The notes under the pieces are model-generated. The model saw nothing but the letters and a program-made list of their open reading frames with translations. It was not told the DNA's origin and ran no database searches. Below, in pieces: positions 50,774 through 61,335 of a DNA stretch of 64,000 nt. Position 1 is the first letter of the stretch; every line of letters starts with the position of its first letter. Source of the stretch: an uncultured Thermoleophilia bacterium (lineage in GTDB: Bacteria > Actinomycetota > Thermoleophilia > UBA2241); the NCBI GenBank assembly GCA_963702475.1, contig CAVPCT010000009.1:192001-256000 (forward strand), given 5' to 3'. Position numbers and translations under genes: made by a program.

Positions 50774-51664
50774 ATGGCTGCGGAGGCCACAGCGGGGACC
50801 GTCCTCGAGGCCCCGACCCGCAAGCGGGTCGGGCTCTGGCGGTCGGTCCTGCGCAGCGCTGAGGGGCGCATCGGCGTGTTCCTCGGCGTGTTCATGGTCG
50901 GCCTCATCGTGTGCGGCAGCATCTTCGCGCCGGAGACCACCTACGGCGCCGGGATGCCGGGGTCGCCCAGCTCGGCCGAGCACTGGTTCGGGACCGACGC
51001 TCTCGGCCGCGACGTGCTCCTGCGCTTTCTGCACGGCGGCGACACCGTGCTCCTCATCCCGCTCGTCGCCGTGACCCTGGCGCTGCTGCTGGGCGGCAGC
51101 CTCGGCCTGTTCGCCGCCTACTGGGGCGGACGCCCCGACGTGGTCATCTCGCGTGTGTTCGACGTGATGCTCACCATCCCGCCGTTGCTCGTGGTGCTGG
51201 TCGTCATCGGAGCCTTGGGTACGTCGAATGTGGTCCTCATCACGACGGTGGCCGTGGTGTACGCGCCGGCCCTGGGCCGCGTGGTCAGAGCCACGGCCCA
51301 GTCCGTCAAGGTCAATCCGTTCGTGTTGTCCGCACAGGCGCGGGGGGAGAGCGACCTCGCCATCATCTTCCGTGAGATCGTGCCCAACGTCTCCGGCCCT
51401 GTGCTGGCCGAGTTCGGCCTGCGTCTCACCTACGCCATCCTGTTCGTGGCCACCCTGAGCTTCCTCGGCCTGGGCGTCCAGCCGCCCTCCCCCGACTGGG
51501 GGCTCATGGTGGCGGAGAACCGCGGTCTGCTGACCATCGCGCCCTGGGGCACGATGCTCCCGGCTCTCGGTATCACCGCCTTGGCCGTGTCGTTCAACCT
51601 CATTGCCGATGCCGTGTCCAAGAGCCTGGCCGGCGATGAACTGAGCCGGCTGGCCGTGATATGA
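50774..51664 (+). CDS. ABC permease (DppC-like)
   Basis: [27 protein letters not shown]. Confidence 0.92.
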   Translation: MAAEATAGTVLEAPTRKRVGLWRSVLRSAEGRIGVFLGVFMVGLIVCGSIFAPETTYGAGMPGSPSSAEHWFGTDALGRDVLLRFLHGGDTVLLIPLVAVTLALLLGGSLGLFAAYWGGRPDVVISRVFDVMLTIPPLLVVLVVIGALGTSNVVLITTVAVVYAPALGRVVRATAQSVKVNPFVLSAQARGESDLAIIFREIVPNVSGPVLAEFGLRLTYAILFVATLSFLGLGVQPPSPDWGLMVAENRGLLTIAPWGTMLPALGITALAVSFNLIADAVSKSLAGDELSRLAVI

Positions 51665-53589
51665 GCGCGCCCGTCGAGGTCAGCGGAGTCGCCTGCGACA
51701 CCGGCGGCGTGAACGTGCGTATCGTGCCCGGAGAGCCGGTGCTCGACGTGCGTGACCTGTCGGTGGGCTACCGCCAGCACCACGGGGACGTCCTTCGGGT
51801 CGCGGCCGGGGTCGACCTGGTGTTGCGCGGCGGGGAGGTGCTCGGTCTTGCGGGGGAGTCCGGTTGCGGCAAGAGCACGGCCGCCCTCGCTGCCGTCGGC
51901 TATCGCCACCCCGGCGGCGTGATCCTGAGCGGCCGTTCGCTGCTCGGCGACACCGACCTGCTGCAGCTGCCGCAGTCCTCGCTGCGGACGCTGTGGGGCG
52001 GCCGCGTGGCGTACATCTCACAGAACGCGGCCGCCTCTCTCGACCCGTCCATGACGATCACCCGGCACTTCGACGAGGTCCTGAGCAAGCATGCCGGCAT
52101 CAAGGGCCAGGCCGCCGCCGCGCGCAAGCTCGAGCTGCTCGAGCAGGTGCGCATACCGGACCCCCCGGGCGCGCTGCTGCGCTACCCGCATCAGCTGAGC
52201 GGCGGCCAGCAGCAGCGCGTGTCGCTGGCGCTCGCGTTCGCCTGCCACCCGGCCGCCCTCATCCTTGACGAGCCCACCACCGGCCTCGACGTGACCACGC
52301 AGACGCAGATCACGGCCCTTCTTCGCGCGCTGATCGCCGAGACGGGCGTGGCCGTGATGTACGTGAGCCACGACCTCGCGCTTCTCTCCACGGTGGCCAA
52401 CGACGTGGCGGTGATGTACGCAGGCGAGATCGTGGAGCGCGGGCCGGTACGGTCGCTGGTCACCGAGCCGCTCCATCCCTACACGCACGCACTGCTGCAT
52501 GCGGTGCCCAGTGCCCGCGGCCGCCAGGCGATCGCGGGCATCCCCGGCGAGCCCCCGGTGAGCGTCAGCGACACCAGCTGCTCGTTCGCGCCCCGCTGCC
52601 CGTATGCCCTCGACGGCTGCCGGGACGCTCACCCCGAGGCGCGTGAGCTCGCACCCGGCCGCACCGTGCGCTGCGTGCGCGCTGAGGAGGTGCACGAGGG
52701 TCTGCGCATCGTGTCCATGCCGACTCTTGCCGACGGGGGCGCGGCCGCCGGGGTCGCCACGGCGGTCGTTGACCTGCTGGAGGTGGACAAGGTCTCCTGC
52801 TACTACGGCACCGGTCGCCGCCGTGTGCGCGTGGTCCGCGATATCTCCTTCAGGCTCGGCGACGCCGAGGTGCTCGGCATCGTCGGCCTCAGCGGGAGCG
52901 GCAAGTCCACGCTGCTGCGCGCCATCGCCGGCGTGCTCGACGATGTGGAGGGCTCCATCGTCTTCCGCGGCGAGCCGCTGGCGCGCAGCGCCGTGAAGCG
53001 CCCGCGTGCGATCCGGCGACAGGTGCAGATCGTCTTCCAGGATCCCGCCTCGTCTCTCAACCCGCGCCACACCGTGGGGCAGATCATCGCGCGAGCCGTC
53101 TCGCTCTTCCGCGAGGACGTGCCCCACGACCGCACCGGCGAAGCCGTCGCCGAGCTCCTCGAGAGCGTGAAGCTCTCGCGCGCCTTCGTGGGCCGGTACC
53201 CTTCGGAGCTCAGTGGCGGCCAGCAGCAGCGCGTGGCCATAGCGCGCGCGTTCGCCGCTCGCCCAAGCCTTCTGCTCTGCGACGAGGTGACCTCCGCGTT
53301 GGACGTCTCGGTGGCCGCGACCATCATCGAGCTCCTCCGCGACCTCATCAGCCGATCCGGCACGGCCGTGCTGTTCGTCAGCCACGACCTGGCCGTGGTG
53401 CGCACCGTCGCCGACCGGGCCATCGTGATGCGCGACGGTCTGTTGTGCGAGGCCGGTTCCACTGAGGCCCTGTTCCTGCGTCCGCGCCACCCCTACACGG
53501 TGGAGCTGCTGTCCTCCATCCCCGACATCGCCGACGTGCGCTCACGCGTGCAGGCCGAGCGCGCGTCGCGGCCGGGAGGGAGCGCGTGA
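51661..53589 (+). CDS. ABC ATPase with two domains (DppD/F fusion)
   Basis: GESGCGKST and [17 protein letters not shown] twice, HPYT. Confidence 0.92.
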   Translation: MSAPVEVSGVACDTGGVNVRIVPGEPVLDVRDLSVGYRQHHGDVLRVAAGVDLVLRGGEVLGLAGESGCGKSTAALAAVGYRHPGGVILSGRSLLGDTDLLQLPQSSLRTLWGGRVAYISQNAAASLDPSMTITRHFDEVLSKHAGIKGQAAAARKLELLEQVRIPDPPGALLRYPHQLSGGQQQRVSLALAFACHPAALILDEPTTGLDVTTQTQITALLRALIAETGVAVMYVSHDLALLSTVANDVAVMYAGEIVERGPVRSLVTEPLHPYTHALLHAVPSARGRQAIAGIPGEPPVSVSDTSCSFAPRCPYALDGCRDAHPEARELAPGRTVRCVRAEEVHEGLRIVSMPTLADGGAAAGVATAVVDLLEVDKVSCYYGTGRRRVRVVRDISFRLGDAEVLGIVGLSGSGKSTLLRAIAGVLDDVEGSIVFRGEPLARSAVKRPRAIRRQVQIVFQDPASSLNPRHTVGQIIARAVSLFREDVPHDRTGEAVAELLESVKLSRAFVGRYPSELSGGQQQRVAIARAFAARPSLLLCDEVTSALDVSVAATIIELLRDLISRSGTAVLFVSHDLAVVRTVADRAIVMRDGLLCEAGSTEALFLRPRHPYTVELLSSIPDIADVRSRVQAERASRPGGSA

Positions 53590-54692
53590 GCGGCGGCGCT
53601 GTCGTCGTGGCCGGTGGCGGCGCCCAGGGGCTTGCACTGGCAGCCGGGCTCACACGCGCCGGGCACGAGGTGATCCTGTTCGAGACGGAGGCGCGCCGCG
53701 AGCGCATCGCGCCGTTTCTGAGCGGAGGTCCGATCACCGTGCTCGAGCGGAGCGAGGTCGCGGCCGTCTCACCCGCCATGGTCACCTGCGACCCTTTCGA
53801 GGCGTTCGCCGCCGCCGATGTGCTGCTCGTCATGGTACCGCCGCGCGAGCGCCGCGCGTTCGGAGAGCTGCTGTTGCCACTCGTCGAGCCTCGCCACGTG
53901 CTGGTGGTCGCCTCCGGCGGACTGGACGCACTGTTGTTCGCACACTGGCTGCTCGCCCGCGGGCGCTGGATCGACGGCTTGGCGACGTTCGCCGCCACGG
54001 ACCTCGAGCCGTACACGTGTCACAGGAGAGGACCGGATGCCGTGAGCGTGCACGGGCGGACGGCGCCGCTGGGGGTCGGGGTGTTCCCGGCTTCGCGGAC
54101 CCCGGGGGCGCTGCAGGTCCTCGAGCCGCTCCTGGGTCCGCTCAACGCCTACCCGCACGCTGCGGCTGCGGGTCTGTGTGACGCGGTCGCCCTGCTGCGC
54201 TTGGGCACGCTCGTGTTCAATGCTGCCCGCGTGGAGCGCGGCGCGGAAGCGTTCCTGCTGTACGAAGACGGGTTCACGCCCGGTGTGGCGGCCGTGCTCG
54301 AGGCGCTGGACGCCGAGCGCCGGGCAGTGGCGGCGGCCCTCGGATACGCAGCGCCGCGCCTCGAAGAGGTCCTCACTGCCGCGGGCCTGGGGCCGCGAGG
54401 CGACCTGTGGACCACCGTGCACGCCAGCCGCGTGCTCTCGCGCGTGCAGGCTCCGCGGGCACTCGATGGGCGCTGGCTGAGCGACGGCCTGGCCGCGGTA
54501 CGCGCATGGGTCGCGCTTGGAGAGCACCTGGACGTGCCGGTCCCGGGGCTGGCCGCCGCCGCGCGTCTCGCGAGCGCGCTGCTGGGCTCTGACGAGGCCG
54601 GCGGCGAGAGCCCGCTGGAGGCGCTGGGAGTGGAGCGCATGGATCGAGATGCGCTCCTGCGCTACTTGCAGGCGGGGGAGACCGGCCAATGA
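53586..54692 (+). CDS. NAD(P)-dependent opine (octopine/nopaline) dehydrogenase-family protein
   Basis: [35 protein letters not shown]...[13 protein letters not shown]. Confidence 0.8.
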   Translation: MSGGAVVVAGGGAQGLALAAGLTRAGHEVILFETEARRERIAPFLSGGPITVLERSEVAAVSPAMVTCDPFEAFAAADVLLVMVPPRERRAFGELLLPLVEPRHVLVVASGGLDALLFAHWLLARGRWIDGLATFAATDLEPYTCHRRGPDAVSVHGRTAPLGVGVFPASRTPGALQVLEPLLGPLNAYPHAAAAGLCDAVALLRLGTLVFNAARVERGAEAFLLYEDGFTPGVAAVLEALDAERRAVAAALGYAAPRLEEVLTAAGLGPRGDLWTTVHASRVLSRVQAPRALDGRWLSDGLAAVRAWVALGEHLDVPVPGLAAAARLASALLGSDEAGGESPLEALGVERMDRDALLRYLQAGETGQ

Positions 54693-55798
54693 GCGGGGAG
54701 GGCGATATGGGCATCAGAGTGCACGCCGACGGGCAGTGGGTGAGGGGGCCTGCAGCGTGGCCCGGTCCCGTGATCGCCGACGCGCACAACGACCTGCTCG
54801 TGGAGGTCGGCGCCTTCGACCACGAGCCCCACGCCTTCCGCGACCGCTGGCTGCGCCAGCTCAGGGACGGCGGCGTGGCGCTGCAGTTCTGTCCCGTGTC
54901 AGTGGGCGTCGAGCAACTCCCCGAGTGGGGCCTCCGCATGGCCCTGCGTCAGGCTGCGGCGTGCCACCGCGCCGTCCTGGACGATCCCGCGGAGCTCGTG
55001 CTGGTGCGCGAGCGGCGCGATCTCGACGAGGCGGCCGCGAGCGCGCGCACGGCTCTTCTGCTGTCGATGGAGGGTGCGGAGCCGCTGGGCTACGACCCGT
55101 CCATGCTCGACGTGTTCTGGCTGCTCGGCGTGCGCGCGCTGGCTCTCACCTGGAACCGGCGCAATCCGTTTGCCGACGGCCTCAGCGAACAGACTGACGG
55201 CGGGCTCAGCGAGCTCGGCAGGGACCTCGTCGCTCGAGCCGCCCGCCTCGGCATGATCATGGACCTGGCTCACGCCTCACCTCGGACCTTCGACGAGGTC
55301 CTCGAGGGGGCCCCCGACGCCCCCGTCATCGTCAGCCACGCCGGCTGCCGGGCGGTGTTCGACACGCCGCGGAACTTGACGGATGAGCAGCTGCGGGTGC
55401 TCGCGGAGCGCGGCGGCGTGCTCGGCGTGATGGCGTTGCCCCTGACCGTGGACCTGCACGAGCCCACGCTCGAGCGGTTCCTCGACCACGTCGACCACGC
55501 GGTCGCCGTGATGGGCGCCGCACACGTCGGTCTCGGCGCCGATTTCATGGAGCAGATCGTGGCCTCGGGGGCCGAACCTGCCGTGCAGGCCACGAGCCTC
55601 ATGCCCGAGGGCCGGTCGTTCGCCGAAGCCATACCCGGCCTGGCCGGGCCGCTCGACTACCCGGCGCTTGCCGACGCGCTGGCCGGGCGCGGACACGACG
55701 AAAGCGTCGTGGCCGCCATCCTGGGAGGCAACCTTGTCCGGCTCGTGGCTGCGGCGCTCGACGCGGTCCCGGGCTCCGAGTGGAGGGAGGTCCAGTGA
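54689..55798 (+). CDS. Membrane dipeptidase family (M19) amidohydrolase
   Basis: DAHND, MEG, LTWN, DLAH, VSH, RNLTD, GLGADF, GGN. Confidence 0.9.
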   Translation: MSGEGDMGIRVHADGQWVRGPAAWPGPVIADAHNDLLVEVGAFDHEPHAFRDRWLRQLRDGGVALQFCPVSVGVEQLPEWGLRMALRQAAACHRAVLDDPAELVLVRERRDLDEAAASARTALLLSMEGAEPLGYDPSMLDVFWLLGVRALALTWNRRNPFADGLSEQTDGGLSELGRDLVARAARLGMIMDLAHASPRTFDEVLEGAPDAPVIVSHAGCRAVFDTPRNLTDEQLRVLAERGGVLGVMALPLTVDLHEPTLERFLDHVDHAVAVMGAAHVGLGADFMEQIVASGAEPAVQATSLMPEGRSFAEAIPGLAGPLDYPALADALAGRGHDESVVAAILGGNLVRLVAAALDAVPGSEWREVQ

Positions 55799-56463
55799 GC
55801 GCGGATGCGGAAGCATCGCTCGCCGCGATCGTGGCGGCGTTCACCGGCGGCGACTACGACGGCGTCTCCGGGCTCGTGCAGCGAGGTCTGGACCAGGGAC
55901 TCGCGCCACAGACACTGATGGACGACGGCCTCGTCGCGGGCATCCGCGAGGTGGGGGAGATGTTCCGTCGCGGTGAGGCGTACCTGCCGGAGCTGCTGCT
56001 GGCCGCCGAGGCGTGGGAGGCCGGCGTGGCGGTCCTCCGGCCGCACCTCGCCGACGCGCCTCTCGCCCAAGTGGCGGGCGTCGTCGTCATCGGGACGGTG
56101 AAAGGCGACATCCACTCGCTCGGCAAGGACATCGTCACGACCATGCTGCGCACCGCCGGGTTCGAGGTCGTGGATCTCGGGGTCGACGTCCCGGCGTCGC
56201 GATTCGTCACGGCTGCGGCAGAGGCGCACGCCGACGTCATCGCGGTCACCGCCCTGATGACCACCACGATGCCCCAGCAGCGCGAGGTGATCGCGCATCT
56301 CATCGCGAGCGGTCACAGAGACGACGTGGCTGTGCTCGTCGGCGGTGCGTCCACCACTGACGCATGGGCCGCCGAGATCGGCGCCGACGGGCACGGCGAG
56401 ACGGCGGCCGACGCCGTGAGCCTGGCGCAAGAGATTTGCGGACGGACGCGGAGGGGGGCCTGA
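55795..56463 (+). CDS. Corrinoid protein (MtmC/MttC-like)
   Basis: YLPELLLAAE, GTVKGDIHSLGK, ALMTTTM, IGADG. Confidence 0.93.
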   Translation: MSADAEASLAAIVAAFTGGDYDGVSGLVQRGLDQGLAPQTLMDDGLVAGIREVGEMFRRGEAYLPELLLAAEAWEAGVAVLRPHLADAPLAQVAGVVVIGTVKGDIHSLGKDIVTTMLRTAGFEVVDLGVDVPASRFVTAAAEAHADVIAVTALMTTTMPQQREVIAHLIASGHRDDVAVLVGGASTTDAWAAEIGADGHGETAADAVSLAQEICGRTRRGA

Positions 56464-57848
56464 TGCTCACCAACCTGGAGATCTTCCGGCGCGCGAGCGC
56501 GGGCGAGATCTGCGCACAGAAGGACTTCGACCTCAAGCGGTACATCCCCACGGTGCGGCGGCTGGCCAGGGAGTTCGGCATCAGCTACGACCCCGCCCAC
56601 CCGGTGCCGTCGGACGACGACCTTGCGGACCGGCTGTGGGAGGCCGGCAGGCGTCTGTTCCTCGAGGTCGGCGCCTATTGCGTCGACACCGAGCGGGTGA
56701 TCGCCTTCGAGGAGGCCGAGCTCGACCAGGCCCTGGCGCACGCACCGAGGACGGTGACACTCGGGACCGGTCAGTACGCGAGGACGATCCCGGCGCGCCG
56801 GCCGGAGAGCGATGTACTGCCGTTCTTCTCGCTGGGCGCCTGCGGCGCTCCGGTCTCGACTGACGACGTCTTCGTGAGCCTCTCACAGGCGTACTGCGAG
56901 ATCCCCTACGCCGACGCCCTCGCCGTGCCGTCCCTCACGCAGGTGGACGGCATGACCATCGTAGCGGGCAGCCCGCTCGAGGTGGAGGGGTGCGTCCGCA
57001 CCGTCACGATGGCGAGGGAGGCCGCGCGCCGCGCCGGCCGCGCCGGCATGGGCATCTCCAACACGGTGCCCACCGGCGTGCGCTCACAGGGCCACATCGC
57101 CGGCAACGCGGCCGCCGCCGACCAGTACGACATGATGGAGATCGGCGGCGTCGCCGAGCTGAAGATCGACTTCGACAGCATGAGCAAGATCGCGTACATG
57201 CTGGGGCGGGGCCGCACGATCCTCGGAGAGACGGGGCCCATCATCGGCGGCTACGCCGGCGGACCGGAGACCTGTGCCGTCACCCTGGTGGCCTATCACT
57301 TCTTCGCGCTGCTCGTCCTGCGGGCCAGCGTCCAGCATCCGTTCACGTCCCACTACCAGACGCAATCGTGCACGTCCAGGCAGGCCCTGTGGCTCACCGC
57401 GCTGGCTCTGCAGGCGATCACCCGGCACAGCCGCGTGCCGTGTCTGGAGACCGGGACTTTCGCGGGTGGAGCCGGCACGGAGATGAGCCTCTTCGAGGCG
57501 GCCGCCATGTCGGCCGCGACCGTGGTCTCCGGCGCCAACATCGAGGCCGCCCCCGCCGCCAGAGCCACGCGCATCGATCACCAGTGCCCGCTGACGAGCC
57601 TGTTCACGGCCGAATGCGGGCGCTCCGTAGCGGGCATGTCGCGCGCCGACGTGAACGCCATCGTCGTGCGACTGCTGGACCGGTACGAGCACCTCCTGGA
57701 CGACCCCCCGCCAGGGCGCCGCTACCAGGACTGCTTCGACATGGGGAGCAGGCGTCCCGACGCGGAGGCTCTGGCTGTGTACCGACACGCCCGTGACGAG
57801 CTCGAGGGCATGGGCCTTGAGTTCAGGGACCCGCCCTTCTATGCCTGA
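56463..57848 (+). CDS. MtmB-family (monomethylamine:corrinoid methyltransferase-like) protein without pyrrolysine
   Basis: PVPSDDDLADRL, AGRAGMGI, ELKIDFD, PIIGGYAGGPE, AGTEMSLFE; no in-frame TAG. Confidence 0.88.
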   Translation: MLTNLEIFRRASAGEICAQKDFDLKRYIPTVRRLAREFGISYDPAHPVPSDDDLADRLWEAGRRLFLEVGAYCVDTERVIAFEEAELDQALAHAPRTVTLGTGQYARTIPARRPESDVLPFFSLGACGAPVSTDDVFVSLSQAYCEIPYADALAVPSLTQVDGMTIVAGSPLEVEGCVRTVTMAREAARRAGRAGMGISNTVPTGVRSQGHIAGNAAAADQYDMMEIGGVAELKIDFDSMSKIAYMLGRGRTILGETGPIIGGYAGGPETCAVTLVAYHFFALLVLRASVQHPFTSHYQTQSCTSRQALWLTALALQAITRHSRVPCLETGTFAGGAGTEMSLFEAAAMSAATVVSGANIEAAPAARATRIDHQCPLTSLFTAECGRSVAGMSRADVNAIVVRLLDRYEHLLDDPPPGRRYQDCFDMGSRRPDAEALAVYRHARDELEGMGLEFRDPPFYA

Positions 57849-57956
57849 TGCACGCGACGCGTCTGAGTAGCTCCGCACGAGAGGCCGGCAGATGAGAACG
57901 ACAGGCGCGCAGTGCCTCGCCCGCGTGAGGCGCAGCAGCGCGAGGAGGATCAGATC

Positions 57957-58988
57957 ATGAGCGCAGCCGCGTACACGCCGCCGGCGGGCGCGGAGGTGGT
58001 CAGCACCATCGAAGCTCACGCCGCCGGGGAGCCTCTTCGCGTGATCGTCGAGGGCCTCCCGTCCATCCCCGGGCACACGATGCTGGCCAAGCGCCGTCAC
58101 GCCCAGGAGTACCTGGACACGTGGCGGCGCAGGCTCATGTGGGAGCCCCGGGGGCACGCCGACATGTACGGGGCCATCCTCACGGACCCGGTCCGTGAGG
58201 GCAGCACGTGTGGTGTGCTCTTCCTGCACAACGAGGGCTTCAGCACCATGTGCGGGCACGGCGTGATCGCACTCGCGACCGTACTCGTCGAGGCCGGGCT
58301 CGTGAGCGCGGACGACAGCCCCGTGGTCATCCCGATAGACACGCCGGCCGGCCTCGTCGTGGCGCGCGTCGAGCACGACGGCGGCCGCGTGCGCGACGTG
58401 GCGTTCACGAACGTGCCCTCCTTCGTGTACCGGCGGGGCATAGAAGTGGAGGTCCCCGGCCTCGGCGCCACCGTGTGCGACATCGCCTTCGGCGGCGCCT
58501 ACTACGCGTTCTGCGAGGCCGGCGACCTCGGCCTCTCGCTCGAGCCTTCGAAGCACGACCGCCTGATCGACGCGGGCAGGCAGGTGAAGGCCGCGGTGCT
58601 CGCCCAGGTGTCCATCGACGACCCGGTGGCGCCCGACCTGGGCTTTCTGTACGGGGTGATCTTCACGGGCCCTGCGGGCGAGGCCGGTCACCACAGCAGG
58701 CACGTCTGCGTCTTCGCGGAGGGCGAGGTGGACCGTTCGCCCACGGGCACCGGCGTGAGCGCCAGAGCCGCTCTGCTGTACGACGCGCGCGAGCTCGATG
58801 ACGGTGAGGCCATCGTCATCGAGAGCATCCTCGGCACCTGCTTCGGTGTCACGGTCGTCGGCCACGACTCCGTCGGGGCGCATCCGGCGGTCATACCCCA
58901 GGTGTCCGGGGAGGCGTTCATCACCGGCACGAGCACGTTCTTCGTCGACCCGAAGGATCCGCTGGGCGATGGCTTCATCTTTCGCTGA
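57957..58988 (+). CDS. Proline racemase-family enzyme, Cys/Thr type (trans-3-hydroxy-L-proline dehydratase-like)
   Basis: HAAGEPLR, EPRGHADMYG, MCGHG (Cys), DRSPTGTG (Thr), DPLGDGF. Confidence 0.88.
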   Translation: MSAAAYTPPAGAEVVSTIEAHAAGEPLRVIVEGLPSIPGHTMLAKRRHAQEYLDTWRRRLMWEPRGHADMYGAILTDPVREGSTCGVLFLHNEGFSTMCGHGVIALATVLVEAGLVSADDSPVVIPIDTPAGLVVARVEHDGGRVRDVAFTNVPSFVYRRGIEVEVPGLGATVCDIAFGGAYYAFCEAGDLGLSLEPSKHDRLIDAGRQVKAAVLAQVSIDDPVAPDLGFLYGVIFTGPAGEAGHHSRHVCVFAEGEVDRSPTGTGVSARAALLYDARELDDGEAIVIESILGTCFGVTVVGHDSVGAHPAVIPQVSGEAFITGTSTFFVDPKDPLGDGFIFR

Positions 58989-59005
58989 GTGACCGTCGTG
59001 TCATC

Positions 59006-59046
59006 AGTATCCAGAATGTATACACTGTGCATCTGCAGTGGATGCG
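59006..59046 (+). promoter_or_regulatory. Internal operator with 11-bp-phased repeats
   Basis: GTATCCA and GTATACA (TAT at 59008 and 59019), then degenerate GCATCTG and GGATGCG. Confidence 0.5.
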
Positions 59047-59103
59047 ATACCTCGGACCCTGGCGCGCTTGACTGCGTCCACGGCCGGGCAGGGGGGTTGA
59101 CGC

Positions 59104-60060
59104 ATGGAAGAGTACATGTGGGACTATCGCGACCCGTACGAGTGGATGGCGCGCACCGCCAGGTTCCCTCCCATGATCGTCACGTGCGCCGTTGACGGCG
59201 GCATCCAGGGCAAAGAGAGCCATCCGGCGCTGCCCGAGCTGCCCCATGAGATCGCGCTCGAGTGCCAGGCCGCGTACGAGGCCGGCGCCACGGTGGTGCA
59301 CATCCACGGTCGCGACCCGGACAACTTCACGAATTGCACCGACGATCCGGAGGTGTACCGGGAGATCCTCGGCATGGTGCGCGAGAAGTGCCCAGAGCTC
59401 GTCCTCAACATCACCACCGGCGGTGGCCCCACCACCACCGACGAAGGCCGCTTCGCCGTGCTGGAAGCGGGCCCGGAGATGGCGACGCTCAACCTCGGCC
59501 CCGACATGGAGCGGTTCGAACTGGCCGAGCGAAAGCCACCGCTCCCGCATCCACGCGAGGCGATGGTGATCGACATGATCATGCCGTTCACCTACGGCTT
59601 CATCGACCGGCTGGCCGAGAAGATGCAGGCGAAGGGCATCAAGCCGGAACTGGAGATCTACCAGCCCGGGCAGTTCTGGGTGAGCCGCGGGCTGGCGGAG
59701 CGCGGGCTCATCACGCCGCCCTATTCGCACCAATTCGTCATGGGCGTCCAGACGGCCATGTACCCGACGCCCTGGAACGTGCTCGCCATGATCCGGGAGC
59801 TCCCGTCCGAGTCGCTGTTCACGATCGCCGCCATCGGCAAGTTCCAGTGGCCGTTGGTGACCATGGGCATCATCCTCGGCGGCCACGTGCGCGTCGGACT
59901 CGAAGACAACCTGTACGAGAGGCGCGGCCGCAAGCTCACTGGCAACGGGGAGGCGGTGCAGAAGGTGGTCCGCCTCGCCGCCGAGTTCGGCCGCGAGATC
60001 GCCACACCGGCGCAGGCGCGCGCGATGCTGGGTCTCTCGCCCACACCAAGCAGCTACTGA
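59104..60060 (+). CDS. Beta-keto acid cleavage enzyme (BKACE/Kce, DUF849)
   Basis: AGATVVHIHGRD, ITTGG, KPELEIY, GGHVRVGLEDN, REIATPAQAR. Confidence 0.92.
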   Translation: MEEYMWDYRDPYEWMARTARFPPMIVTCAVDGGIQGKESHPALPELPHEIALECQAAYEAGATVVHIHGRDPDNFTNCTDDPEVYREILGMVREKCPELVLNITTGGGPTTTDEGRFAVLEAGPEMATLNLGPDMERFELAERKPPLPHPREAMVIDMIMPFTYGFIDRLAEKMQAKGIKPELEIYQPGQFWVSRGLAERGLITPPYSHQFVMGVQTAMYPTPWNVLAMIRELPSESLFTIAAIGKFQWPLVTMGIILGGHVRVGLEDNLYERRGRKLTGNGEAVQKVVRLAAEFGREIATPAQARAMLGLSPTPSSY

Positions 60061-60073
60061 GAAGGGGGAGTCA

Positions 60074-61309
60074 ATGGACACGCAGAAGTCGGAGGTGCTG
60101 TTCGAGCGCCTGGCCCAGGTGATGCCCGGCGCCTCCACCCGCACGGTCACGCACTACGCCCCGATACCGATCGCGCTGCAGCGGGGCGAGGGATGTCGGC
60201 TGTGGGACGTCGACGGCAACAGCTTCGTAGACCTGCTCAACAACTACACGGCGCTGGTGCACGGCCACAACCACCCGGCCATCGTCGAGGCCATCGTGCG
60301 CACGGCGACGGGGGGGTTGAGCGCCGCCGTACCGGCGCCCATCGAGCTGCAGGGCGAGCTGGCGGAGCGGCTGTGCGCGCGTACCCCGTCCATGGACAGT
60401 GTGCGCTTCACCAACTCGGCCTCGGAGGCCGTCATGATGGCCGTGCGCGTGGCCCGCGCCTACACCGGCAAGGACGACTTCATCATGCCGGCCAACGGAT
60501 ACGGCGGGGGCTGGGACCAGGTGATGCTGGCCGGCACCGACGAGGAGCACCCGGAGGGCGCCCAGGGCGGCGTGCCGGCGGGCATCCCCCAGGTGCTCAC
60601 GGAGGTCGTCCACTTCGTGCGCTTCAACGACCTCGCCCACCTCGAGGAGCTCCTCGAGAAGCACGGGCCCACGACGGCCGCCGTGCTTCTCGAGCCGATC
60701 CTGGGGCACATCCTGGCACCGGCCGACCCGGACTTCATCCGTGGCGCCCTCGAGCTCGCGCATCGGCACGACGCCCTGCTCATCCTCGACGAGACCATCA
60801 CGTCGCGCGTGTACGTGGGCGGCTGGCAGGCGGAACACGGCATCGAACCCGACCTCACGACCCTTGGCAAGACCATCGGGGGCGGCATGCCGGTCGGCGC
60901 CTTCGGCGGCAAGGGGCACGTCATGCGGATACTGGACCCTCGCGCGGACGACGCGCTTGCGGCGCACGGGACCATGAACGGCAGTCCACTGTGCATGGCC
61001 GCGGGCTGCGCCAGCCTCGACCTGCTCACGCAGTCGGCAATAGACCGCATCAACGGTATGGGTGACTCCCTCGCATCCGAGCTCGACGTCGTCGGCAAGG
61101 AGGCGGGCGTGCGCGTGCACAACTACGGCTCCCTCCTGCAGGCGAACGCGCCGGACGCCCTCGCCTTGCACCGCGCGTGCCTGGAGGAGGGCCTGTACAT
61201 CGCCCCGCGCGGCAGCATGAACCTCTCCACGGTGATGGATGAAGAGGTCCTCGGGGAGATCTTGGCAGCGTGGACGCGCGCCGTGGACCGCGTGAGCGCC
61301 GTCCGCTGA
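60074..61309 (+). CDS. Class III PLP aminotransferase (GSA aminomutase-like)
   Basis: WDVDGN, GHNHP, RFTNSASEA, LILDE, LGKTIGGGMPVGAFGG. Confidence 0.9.
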   Translation: MDTQKSEVLFERLAQVMPGASTRTVTHYAPIPIALQRGEGCRLWDVDGNSFVDLLNNYTALVHGHNHPAIVEAIVRTATGGLSAAVPAPIELQGELAERLCARTPSMDSVRFTNSASEAVMMAVRVARAYTGKDDFIMPANGYGGGWDQVMLAGTDEEHPEGAQGGVPAGIPQVLTEVVHFVRFNDLAHLEELLEKHGPTTAAVLLEPILGHILAPADPDFIRGALELAHRHDALLILDETITSRVYVGGWQAEHGIEPDLTTLGKTIGGGMPVGAFGGKGHVMRILDPRADDALAAHGTMNGSPLCMAAGCASLDLLTQSAIDRINGMGDSLASELDVVGKEAGVRVHNYGSLLQANAPDALALHRACLEEGLYIAPRGSMNLSTVMDEEVLGEILAAWTRAVDRVSAVR

Positions 61310-61335
61310 CGCGGTGCAGAGCGGAGGGCCGAGCC

